Assembly (NCBI GenBank): GCA_964354545.1
Contig: CAYHAE010000003.1
Location: 25,019-89,018, forward strand
DNA from: an uncultured Planctomycetia bacterium
GTDB lineage: Bacteria; Omnitrophota; Gorgyraeia; 2-01-FULL-45-10; JAHFGN01
Direction: 5' to 3'
DNA: 64,000 bases
The notes beneath the pieces are model-generated. The model was not told where the DNA came from. It saw only the letters and a program-made list of their open reading frames with translations, and did not search any database. Every line of letters starts with the position of its first letter. Within the stretch, counting starts at the first letter, position 1. The position numbers were made by a program, and so were the translations under genes. Of the stretch, positions 15,001 through 27,000 are shown in pieces.

Positions 15001-18000
15001 CGCAGCTGGACGACGCCCTCGCAACCTTCGCGGAGTTCGACGTGAGCCAGGACGGCGTCATCGACGAACACGATTTCGATGTGATGGCGCAGAGGATATC
15101 CGGTGATTCAAAGAGCATACGGGAGCTTCAAGGTAAAGGCGCTTCCTTTGAGGACGCATTCCGCAGGATCTTCTCCGATGAGATCTTCTATCAGCAGGAG
15201 CTCGCTGCGGCCGACGCGAATAAGGATGGGTATGTAGATGCCCAGGATGAGACGGTCTATGAGGACCGCCTCGCCACCAATGTGGACCTCGACCTGGGTG
15301 GGCTCGAACTGCGTGAAGCGAAATCCGAAGGCGGGAAGATCACCTTCTATGGAGTCGAATACGATGTGACCTTTAACGGGACGGATACCTATACCCTCAC
15401 CACCGCCTCGCGTCCCGGCGCGACCTACACGGCATGCGTGGGAGACTCCGTCGAGATCGGCGAAGCCCATACGAGCTACAGCGTTTCCAAAGATGTGTCG
15501 GACAACCTCGTCCTCGCCCGGAAGTTCCAATTCACGGGAACGGGCGGCACGATCAGGGTGAACGGTGTCACCTATACGGTGACAGAGCCCAGCGCCGGCA
15601 TATTCAGATTCGATGACGGGAACGGGCATGCGTACACGAGCGCGGATGTAGGACAGCTCAAGAGGGTGAAGATAGGCAACTTCATCTATGAGATCACGGG
15701 GAATATCGCGAGCCTCACCCTCGACGAGAAGTATGCGGACAACAGGGTCAATGGCAAAACGGTCTATATACCTGAGGCTATGAAGCGGGACCTGGTGCGG
15801 CAGCTTATCCTCGATGTGCGGGCAGACATCACGGGGAATGCGGAGAACCCGGACGGCAAGGTCGATAAGAAGGATGCGCTTGCCTTCAGCACCCGTCCCG
15901 TTGACGTGAACGGCGATGGCTTCACGAACGAGCTTGACCTGAACCTCATATGGGATATCGCCGACAGGCAGAAGCTCGAAAGGATCAAGTACGACTTCAA
16001 TATGGACGAGGTGATCGATAATGCCGACATCGTGAAGTACCGGGACGACATCATTCCGCATAGTCCTGTCATAATCGATCTGAACGTCGACGGAAAGATG
16101 GATGCGAAGGACGTCGAATACCTGGAAGCCGTCGTCCTGCCTCAGATCGTGAAGAGGAACCTCGCGATGAGGTTTGACCGCGATTTCAACGGGGTCGCCA
16201 CGAGGGCCGAACTCGCGCCGTTAGAGGATGCCCTCTTGGCAGCGGACTTGAACCGCGATATGCGGGTCAACGAGGCAGACCTCAAGACCTTCGCGGATAT
16301 CGAGTCCCGCTATGCATCGCTCCCGCTGTCGAAGGCCGAGGTCGTCGCAAGCGATATCAATCAAGACGGGATAGTCGACTACAAGGATGCGGCCCTCCTC
16401 GAGGACGCGATCGCTCACCACGTGGATGTGAAAGGCGACGGGGTCGTCGATGACAAGGACGTGACGATCGTGAGGGAGATCGTCACGGGCGGAAAGCCGG
16501 CGAATGCCTACGTGAAGGTCGACCTGCCGCAGTACTACCTGTCCAAAGATGTCGTGAGCAAGGCAGACGTGAACAAGGACGGCGTGGTCGACGGCGAAGA
16601 TTACGACGAGTGGTCCAAGGTCGCGCTCGAGCGGGTAAACCTCGACGTCGCCGACGCCGGAGGGCTCATAAGGATCTACCAGGCAGAAGGCGGCAAACTC
16701 GTGACCAATTATCCGGAATCCTCATTTGCATACCAGCTTACCCTGGAGAAAGAAGGACGATATCAGTTCAACTTCGACGTGAAGGCCGCGGAGTTCGCAG
16801 CCCTCTCCTTCGACGTGTTCGTCGACGGCATAAAGAGCGGCGAGATGCTGACGGGCGCGGTACCGAGCGCCGCCACGAAGGCCTCCGTTGTCATCGATGT
16901 CCCGAGCGGGGAACACACGATCATGTTTGTCATGCGCTGCCCGAGCTCACGAAGGATCGCTATCGAGCTGGCCAACCTGTCGTACACCGTACCAGTCGAT
17001 CCGAAATACGACGTAAACGGCGACGGGATCTACTCTTATGACGACGGCAGGATTGTCAATGCCTTTGTCGATGCCCAGAAGCTGCTCGAGGAAGCGGATA
17101 TCAACTGGGATGGCGCGGTAGACGACAGGGACCTGGTGCTCCTCGATATGGACAGGAACGGCACCATCGAAGGCGCGGAGACCACCATAGACTATAGTAG
17201 TCAGTTATCAGTGAGGCGGGATGTCACGAGAAACGGCGTGGTAGACCAAAGGGACCTCACCGCCCTCGGCGAAATCCTCGACGCGATCGAATACATCTCG
17301 AGGGCCGACGTGAACAGAGACGGCTTCATCGATGGGAAGGATGAGATCGATATCGCCGAGTCGGTGAGGGACTACCGGGACATCACGGGCGCAGACGGTG
17401 TTGCGGATGAGCGGGATATCGCGACCTTGTGGACAGCAGCGTCGGCGTTCCACACCATCACCTTTGAGGAGGCGATGGGGTCAGACCTCACGGGAGACGG
17501 CATGATAGATGCGCGGGACCTTGCGAAGATAGCCTACTACGCGGACAGCAACCTGCTCTCCACCATGGTCGAAAAGGTAAAGAGCCCGACCTCGAAGTTC
17601 GATGCGAAAGTAGCGGACAAAGACCTCGCAAGAGACGAGATCGTGCGGGCGCTCACGAGCCTCGGAGGCCTCGATGTCCAGAACAGCAAGCTCGTGAGGG
17701 CCACGTCGAGGTATGAAAGGTTCGACCTCCCCGTCGCGCTGAACTGGACAAGCGACGGCACTCAGTGGATGGTGAAAGACGGCGTCTACAGTCAGACCGC
17801 ATCCGGTACGGCTACTCATGTGAGCACCTACGAGTCGGAGGATATGAGCGATTTCAGCGTCGAGGCGGACGTGAGGGTCGACGGCGGATTCTTCGGATCA
17901 GGGTTCATGCCCGAGATGTACCAGACCCGCACCCGGATGGATTCGGGCGGCGCCGGGATCGTATTCAGGATGAAGGATGCGGGTAACTACTATGAGGCAT

Positions 18001-21000
18001 ATCTCAACTCCGCGACGAGGTCGCTCGAGTTCAGAAAGGTCGTCGACGGAGGCGCGCCTATCGTGATGAAGTCCGTGAAGGTCGGGATCGCGGGCGACAG
18101 ATGGTACCGTCTCGGCGTCAAGGCTCGCTCGAGGTTCTTCGAGTTCACGATCGACGGCAAGAAGGTCTTCGATTTCATCAGTACGACCTTCGGTACGGGG
18201 GGAGTCGCGCTTAAGGTCGGTCCGTCCACACGGGCATCGTTCGATAACGTGAGGTTCTCTACGTACAATACCCTCGATCAGATCGCGAGAGACGGGCTGC
18301 TGGACAAGGACCTCGATGGAGATTCCGACATTGATGCGTGGGATTACGGAATACTCAAGGCCCTCAACGTCATGAGCGAGACGGACGTGGACGGGAACGG
18401 GAACGCGGATGTGAATGATAAGCAGCTCCTCGTGGACGTGAGCACGTGCGACTTGAACGGCGACGGGCTCGTGAACGAAGACGATTATACACCTCTCGAC
18501 CTCGATGGCGATACCGATGTTGACGCAGACGACGTGAAGATCGTGGAGACCGCGGCGCATTTAGCGAACATGCCGAAGAGGTTCGACTTTGCGGACATCA
18601 ATAAAGACGGGAGGGTCGATTGGAACGACTATGAGACCGCGGAATCGAGCCTCGCGGCGCAGGTCGATGTGAACGGTGACAGCGCGTTCAACCACCTCGA
18701 CCTCGTCACCATAGACGCGGTCATGAAATATAACGCCCTGCCCATCGCCGAGACGACGCTCGCGCTCGCGGACGTGAACGGCGATGACACTATCGACTCG
18801 AAGGATATCGAAGACCTCACGTTCTCGATCACCTACTACGGAAGGGCCGACGTGAACGGTGACGGCCGGAAGGACTTAAGCGACACGCTCGACCTCGCCA
18901 GGGTCATCCAGAATATCACCAAACCGTACTCGGATCCCGATGCGATCGTGACGTCTTCGGTGAGGGAGAAGGCGGACGTGAACCGCGATACCAAGGTAGA
19001 CCAGGACGATGTGGACGAAGTGAGCTACTGGGTCACGCAGTATATCGCGAATCCCACCGTCACCTCAGCCCTGATCGACGTGCGCACGTACGACTTCGAT
19101 AAAGACGGGAAGCTCTCGGCACAGGACACCGCGATATGCGCGAACATAAAACAGCTCATCGCGCAGGGGAAGTACCTCACGAACGAACAGCTTGCCCGTT
19201 ACGATGTGGACAGGAACGGCATAATCGACGCAGCTGATGCAAAGATGATGGTCGATATCTTCGCATGCCTCAAAGACGTCGACCTTGACGGAACGGTCGG
19301 CCCAGGCGACGTGAGCGCGATCGAGCTCATACTTTACAGAGAGTCCCTCGGAGTCACACGAGAGCAGATCGAGCTTTCGGACATTACGGGAGACGGCTGG
19401 GTGACGAGAGATGACTACACAACGCTTGAGAACGCCCTCAAGACAGCGGACCTGCTCGATGCGAACGGTGACGGGTGGGTGGATGCGAATGAGAAGAAAG
19501 CGCTCGCGGACATCATCACCGCCTTCATGACAGGCAAGATACTCACCAAAGAAGAATACGCGAAGGCAGACTTCAACGGGGATGGAGACATCAATGGTAA
19601 AGATATATCTGAGCTCAACGACCAGCTCCTCGCGCTCTACGAGGCAAGGCTCTCAAAGCAGAAGTGGATGGAGTCGGCCAGGCTGAAGGCCCCGGCACTC
19701 ATCAGGGACGCGATCGACGTGAACGGAGATGGGAAGAGGGACGACACGGATACGGCACGGGTGGACGCCATCGTGCAGTACTATAAGGATGCGCTCAAAG
19801 ACGGCATCACGGAGAAGATGGTCGACGATGCCGATATCAACAGGGATTTCAGGGTCAACGAAGACGACAGGGCGCTCCTCGAGCGGCTCGTTGTGGACAG
19901 CGAGTCAACCGGCGGAATAGAGACGGGGATCCCCTACTACCCCTTCTCGCATAGCCCGCAGGCGCAGGAATATGCCAGGATGCTCGACCTCAACAAAGAC
20001 GGCTTCGTTGACAAAAAGGACGAGATCATCTTCCTGTCGGCATACGAGGGGTTAAAGCCGGAGGTGGGCGAGCTCAGGCAGATGGAGGATTTCGTGAAGT
20101 ACGACTTCAATAGCGATGGGTACGTGGACAAGAAGGACCTGCAGATCATCTACGACGTGATCCTTGGACACGTGGACATCGATGGAGACGCCCTCATAGG
20201 GGACTCGGAGAAGAACGCAAGCACCAATCCTCTTACGGATACGGAGATCCTCAATGAACTCATACAGATAGACAAGAAGTGCGACGAGCTGGGGATAAGC
20301 CTCGCGGCGCTCGACGAAAATGTCGATCCCGAGCACCTCCCCGATGAGGTCAACAGGCTCAGGATCGCTGCGCGGTTCAGCGAGGACCCCCTCGAGAGGA
20401 TCACGCGCACGGCGTACGACAACATGATGATCGCGCTCAACACGAGGGACAATCCTTACTACGACATCGACAACAACGGAAAGTTCGACTATAAGGACGT
20501 CTACCTCCTCGAGGATATCTACGGCGCGATCCAGGACTATGCCTCAGGCTCCACCACAGGCGGGGCGAGGACCGTGCTTCAGCCCATGGAATTCCATATA
20601 CGGGATGTGACGAACAACTTCGAGATCGACAGGCACGACCTCGAGGCGGTCCAGGACGCGAGGAAGAGCCTCATGTCCTTCCGGCTCGACCAGCTCATCA
20701 AGAAAGAGGACGCGTACAGGCTCTACAAGTTCAGAGGACTGAGCGAGGTCATCACCCCGGACGACATCAGGAGGGGCGATTTTGTGCTGAGAACGGGCGA
20801 TGAGGACGGAGCGCTCTACGTGAACGACCATGGTGAGAACGACTCGCAGATCCTCATCTCCAAGATGATCTGGGGCCACTATGATGAAGAGGGCAACCTC
20901 ATCATAGTCCCGGAGTGGGCCCCCGGCGAACAGCGGCTCGTGAGAAGGCCGAGGAAGGGCGAGAAGAAGAGGATCCTCCACGATATGGCGGTCTATCCGG

Positions 21001-24000
21001 GCGAACCGCCAGAAACGCCGCCGCCTACGGATGAGGGCTACGAGAACGTATTCTCGAGCGTCAAGCCGTATATCAATCCGAGCGATATCGACAAGGACGG
21101 GCTGGTGAGCGCCGAAGACCTGTACTTCATACAGAGGGCGATGCGAGAAGTCGGCCTTGGCGAACTTCCTTCCATCCCGAACCTCATCGTCGGGAACATC
21201 GACAGAGACGTTGATATAGAGATCACGGATAAGGATCTGACGAAGATGATCGAGACCATGATGCGGGCGAGGGACGTCGATGGCAACCTCGCGATCGATA
21301 GTAACGACGCGGAGATGGTGAGGGAGATGCAGGACAGGGTCCTGAAGGCGAAGGAGGTTATCGGGAAGATAAACGATATCAAGGCACTGCTTGCCAAGGA
21401 CACGTTCGATGACCTTGATATCGCGTACATGAACGTGCTCCTCGACTACCTCAACATCAATGTAGACGAGTACAAGAGGGCCGGCGGTGTTGACTACGAG
21501 ATCGACAAGATGGCGAAGGTCCTCGAGACCATGTTCGGCGGCATCACCGAGCCTGCCCAGCGGGAAACCGTATTGACGAGCCTCGTCAAGGGATTCGGCG
21601 TAAAAGGCGCCGGCAGGGAGAGGATAATCGGTCCGGCCAAGCCGGTCGAGGTTCCTCAGGCACAATGGGACCTCTTGCTGAGGATCAAGGCGAGCCTCGA
21701 TTTCTCCACGCTGGACAAAGACGGGGACGGCAATGTGACCGACTACGAGATCGCCGCCATGGAGAGTCTCATCGGGACGGTCCTGGACGTCTCCGCGATC
21801 CCTGATGACGAGATGGCAAGGGCCGATATCAACGGAGACGGGATCGTGAACGGGTTCGACCTCGATGCGCTCACCACCGCAGTGACCCACAACGTCGATG
21901 TCAATAACGACACGGTCATAGACTCCCAGGACTACTATGCATGGCTCGAGCTCAAGACGTTCATGAACTACAGGATCCAGCCAGGGGAGCTTGAGCGTGC
22001 GGATGTAGAACTGCTGGAAGAGCCGGACAAGATATTCACCGAGCCGTTCCCATTCGAGAGGTCGGGGACCGTGCAGGGCGGGCTCTACAGGATACTCAAG
22101 AATGCCGAGGGAGAACCGCTGCTCGATGCGGAGAAACAGGTCAGATTCGAGGAGCTCTCGGTGACGACAGAGAACGCACAGGACCTCTTCGCTCTCCAGT
22201 GGGCCATCGACAACATCGACAAGATCGATTTCGACGAAGACGGGACGATCGAGGCCTCTGACCTCAACGCGTACCTCGATACGCTCCTCTTCATAGAAAA
22301 TTCCACCATCCAGCAGCAGATGCTGAGGCGCCATGCCATGGACCTCGTCGACGCCGAAGGCAAGAAGGACGGCGTGGTCAACCAGAAAGACCTCGACAGG
22401 TTCGTCGAGGTGGTGTACACGCAGCATGTCGACGTGGACTCAAACGGCGCGGTCTATGACAGGGACGTGTCGAGGATAAAAGAGATCATCGCCGCCGACC
22501 AGATAAAGGAGAGGTGGACCAAGGAATATCCGGACCTCATCGGAGAGCTCTCGAGGAGGGTCATCAATGTCGACGCGCAGCACTTCTACATCGACTATGA
22601 TCCGGCGACCGTCACCTACATCTTCACGCGGTTCGCGCTGCCCAACGAACCGGGCCTGCCGGCAGGCGAGGAGCCCATCACGAGCGACCCGAGAAGTCAG
22701 ACGGTAATGATAGGGGAGACCCTCTATTACATTACCGAAGAGGCTGTCACGAAGAGAGTAAACCTTTCCGACACCGTCACGCTCTATAAGGAGCAGAAGG
22801 CGCCGAAGGCATACGTGCGCATCGCGGACATAAACGGAGACGGGAACGTCGACTTCCTGGACCAGTACGGCCTCAACGAGGAGCTGCAGAAAGCGAGGGC
22901 GCTGGGACTCCAGAAGATCGACTCGCACTTTGCGGATACGGTAAGGGAAGTGAAGAGCCTCATCGACGCCTGGAAGGCCGTCGTCATAAAGGTCGCAGAG
23001 GTGAGCAGGCCCGTCTATGACCAGGTGGTAGAGGTCGAGGGCCGAAAGCTGGGGGTAGAGGTCGTGCCCGAGGATAACGGTGTCAGATCGTATACGGTAT
23101 ACGACATCGTAAACAATAACAAGGGCTACGTGAGCAGGCGCGACCGCATGACCGGGGACATCACCGTAAAGGTGGGCTCCATAGTCTATCTCGTCATCTA
23201 TGACTCGCTCTCGCACAAGATAAGCCTGCAGAAACTCTACACGAGCTCCATCAAATTAGCCGATAACCTCATCAAGCTGGGAGAGCAACAGTATGAGGTG
23301 CTCGACAACCAGGACGGAACGTTCACGCTGAGGGACGGGGCGATCGTATACGTGAGCCAGAAGAACACAGACCTCATCCTCGTCGGAGATGAGCTCTACA
23401 GGGTCATAAAGAACGAGAATACGGGAGAGATCACCCTCATTAAGAAGGAATCGACGAGGAGTGAGTCGATATCCATTGAGGGAGGCCAGCTCATTGCCCT
23501 CGACGGCGTGCTCTACAAGGCCGACTATGACGCGGGCGAGGGCTTCTTCTTCAACGACGGCGACCACCTCTACGGCACGGTGCCGGGATCGCAGTATATC
23601 GAGATAAAGAACAGGCGGTATAAGATCGCCATGGACCCTGACACTCGCGTCATTCAGCTCACCGAGATCATCCCCGGCGACCTGAACGAGGACGGCATCG
23701 TAGACGCCGCCGATGAGGCGCTGCTGCGCGCATCCTTGACCAAGCAGGCGATAAGCGTCGATGCGAACAGGGATGCCGTGAACTACGTAGAGCTGGACGG
23801 GGTACGGTACGACGTCTATCAGGATCCTGCGACCGGAGAGATCACGCTGAAGGAGAGGAAAGACGTGGGGTCCGGTACGAAGATCTCGGACACCGAATAT
23901 ACCGCAGTCCTCATAGTGGAACCGGGGAGGAGGAGGGCGCAGTGGGTGGGAAGCGTGAAGACCGGGACGCCGAACGTGATCAAGGTCCAGGGCGTGTACT

Positions 24001-27000
24001 ACGAGGTCGAAGATATAGGCGGAGGCGTCTATGAGTTCAGGAGGAACGGGAACATCGATTACAATGATATCCTCGCGAGGTCAGGCCTCGTGTACGGCGG
24101 CAACGAAGCGAGGTGGAATGAGGCGAAGGCGATGCTTGAGGCGAGCCTCGCGCCCAACACCTATTTCTACAGCGACCCGGATACCAACACGGTGACTCTC
24201 GACGGCATCACCTATACGATACAGGGTCCGGCGAACGAGGTCTCCCTCACCGGAAGGGACCTCAGGATCGCCACCAAGGAAGTGAGGGATGCGAACCAGA
24301 ACGTCATAGGCCTAAAAGAAGACGATACGGATCCGCTCGAGAAGATCGCGATCAACCTCTACGTTAAGAAGAACCCCGACGGCACGTTTACCTTCACGTC
24401 GCCTTTGTGGAAGTATCAGGGCATGAGCGCGGCGCTCGCCGATGAGATCGGCCAGGTCGATGCGGGAGCGCACAAATATGCGGTCGCATTCACGGTCGAC
24501 GGCAGCGATGTCGTCATCGGGGCCCTCAGCGGCAACGTGACAACCGATGAGACGCACGGCAAAGTGATGCTGAGCAATATTCCGATCGGGCCCGCGGGCA
24601 CCACCGCGCGCAAGATATACAGGACGGACGCCGGCGGTTCGACGTTTAAATTTGTCGCCACCATCGATGACAATACGACCACCGCCTTGCTCGACAATGA
24701 GCCCGACTCGGGCCTGGGGGCCGATATGGGCGCAATCACCTCTGAAGAGATACCCTTCACGAGCGACCTCACGACGAATACCGTCGTCTTGGGCAACTAC
24801 ATCACGTACAGTATCGTAGAGGCTGCGGGAAAGATCACCTTGCAGGAGGCGATGTCTGAAAGCACGACCGTCACCGGCCAGGTGATCGAACTCTACGGCG
24901 TGAACTACACCGCCCGCGATAACGGAGACGGGTCCTATTCCTTCTCTGACGGGACCCATACCTATACGAGCGATAAGGATACCAAGACGGTGAGGATCGG
25001 CGAATTCATCTCGGCCTCCTACGGAGAATATATCGAGGGCATGACCGAGGAGCAGCTTAAGGAGGTCACGGGCATATTGTACGATGTATCGGTGGATCCC
25101 GCGACCAATAAGGTTACGCTGGTCACCCACAAGGAGCTCAAGAATCCGGTCCAGGTCATACAGGTAGGCAAGTCCCCGTGGGAGATGGCATCGGCTACGG
25201 CAGCGCTTGAGAACGAAGCCGGGGACGTCAACGCGGGGACGCATGCCTATTCAATCGTATTCACCGTTGATGGCAACGACGTCGTGAGCGGCATCCCCAC
25301 CAATACCGTCACCACCGATGCGACGCACGGGAAGGTGCTCCTCAGCAATATTCCGATCGGGCCCACGGGGACCACCGCCCGCACGATATACAGGACGGGC
25401 GCGAACGGCGCGACGTTCAAGTTCCTCGCGTCCATTGACGATAACGTCACCACCACATATGAGGACAGCGCGGCCGATGCGACCCTCGGCACGCCCATGA
25501 GCCCCGTGTCGAATCAAGCCGAGTATTACAGCGTCACGACCGATTACCGCGGGTATGTGGCGATATCGACCTATCCCGACGGCGTCATCGTGGCACAGCT
25601 CGCGCCCACCGCGACCGAAGTCGACATCCACGGGGTAAGGTACTCGGTCGCAAAAGACGGCGCAACGGGCAAGATCACATTGGCGCGGGTGGGCGAACCG
25701 TCCAAGACATCGCTCGACGTGAGCCTCGTGCGGGTCAACGAGGTTACTTACAGCGTGACGATCAATACCCAGGAGCCGGAGACGTTCACGTTCACTTACG
25801 GCACGAACTCGAGAACGAGCTTCATCAATACCGAAGATCCGCAAGATCCGCTTAACCAGGTGCAGCTCTTCGACGGCATAACCTATGACATCACGCGCGA
25901 CGCGGCATCCGGGAAGCTGCGGCTCACGGAGCACTATACGAGGGGCACGTCGCAGGAAGGGCGGCTCATCATCCTCGGCAGTAAGGCCTACGGGGTGCAA
26001 GAGCGCGACGACGGCTACGGCACCATCATCTATTCCTTCTACGACGGCGATACGGTCGTGGCAGAGTCGACGAGCGACGGCACGACGACCACGATAGCCA
26101 TCGACGTGAACGCGGACCTCACCCCCGAGACATTCTATATCTTCCGCGACGCGTCCGCCGACCTGATCACCGTGGTGAGCAAAGACCGCACAGTGAGGAG
26201 CGACCTCAACGACGTGCGGTCCTCGGGGATGAAGAAGATCGTTTATCTCGACGGCATGTGGTACGACGTGAAGAGGCTCGATGACGGAGAGTGGGAGATC
26301 TCCTGGGAGACCGTCAACGCGTCACAACAGACGGTGAGGATCGTGAGGGTGACCACCCCTGAGAATAAAGACGTCAAGCTCGCCAACGACAAGGTCTTTG
26401 AGGTGAAGGATGTCACGGTGGCGGACAAGCCTCAGGCCCACCTGAGCCAGAAACATTACATCACCTCCACCGTCCTCGACCTCTACGACATAAAAGGCAA
26501 GAAAGAAGCCCGCAAGGTCAACATCGGCGGCGTCGATTATATCATACGATACCTGGGGAGGGAGTTCGATGAAACGCTCGGCCACTATGTGCCCAAGTTC
26601 ACGCTCACCCACGACAACATGGTCTATTCGAACAGAGAAACGCCGAAACCCATAAAGTTCGGCGGAAGCTCGCTCTTCGGCGATTCAGGCACGACGATCA
26701 CGTTCGAGAAGAAAGGGTTCTTCGTAGACCTGCCTGAGGCGACGATAGGCGTAGAGAGCTTCCCGTTCGTGTATGCGAACGCCGTGGAGATCATCGATAC
26801 GGTGACAGGAGAGCGCAGGCTCTACACTATTGCCGCGAACGGCAAGGAGGGAGGGAACTTCACGCATTCGTTCTACGGGTACGGCCAGAGCTTCGAGACC
26901 TATATACTTCCCCTGGCCAAGATGGAATACGTGGATATAAGGGACATCATTGTCCCTGACCCCGACACGGGAACTCCGGAGCCGTTGAAGATCTCGCTGG

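Noticed and set aside
16610-17041. Plus-strand ORFs in frames 1 and 2 (for example 16610..17041, 143 aa; 31391..31768; 46771..47130) as overlapping genes.
   Set aside because: They are short, have R/P/S/T-rich low-complexity translations, and are embedded out of frame within the dominant frame-3 ORF. They are typical off-frame ORFs of GC-rich coding DNA.
15760-22450. RTX (repeats-in-toxin) nonapeptide Ca-binding repeats or hemolysin-type adhesin.
   Set aside because: The repeated loop is D-x-N-x-D-G-x-V-D-x-x-D (dockerin/EF-hand-like, 12 residues with a following helix), not the GGxGxDxUx beta-roll nonapeptide. No GGxGxD runs were seen.
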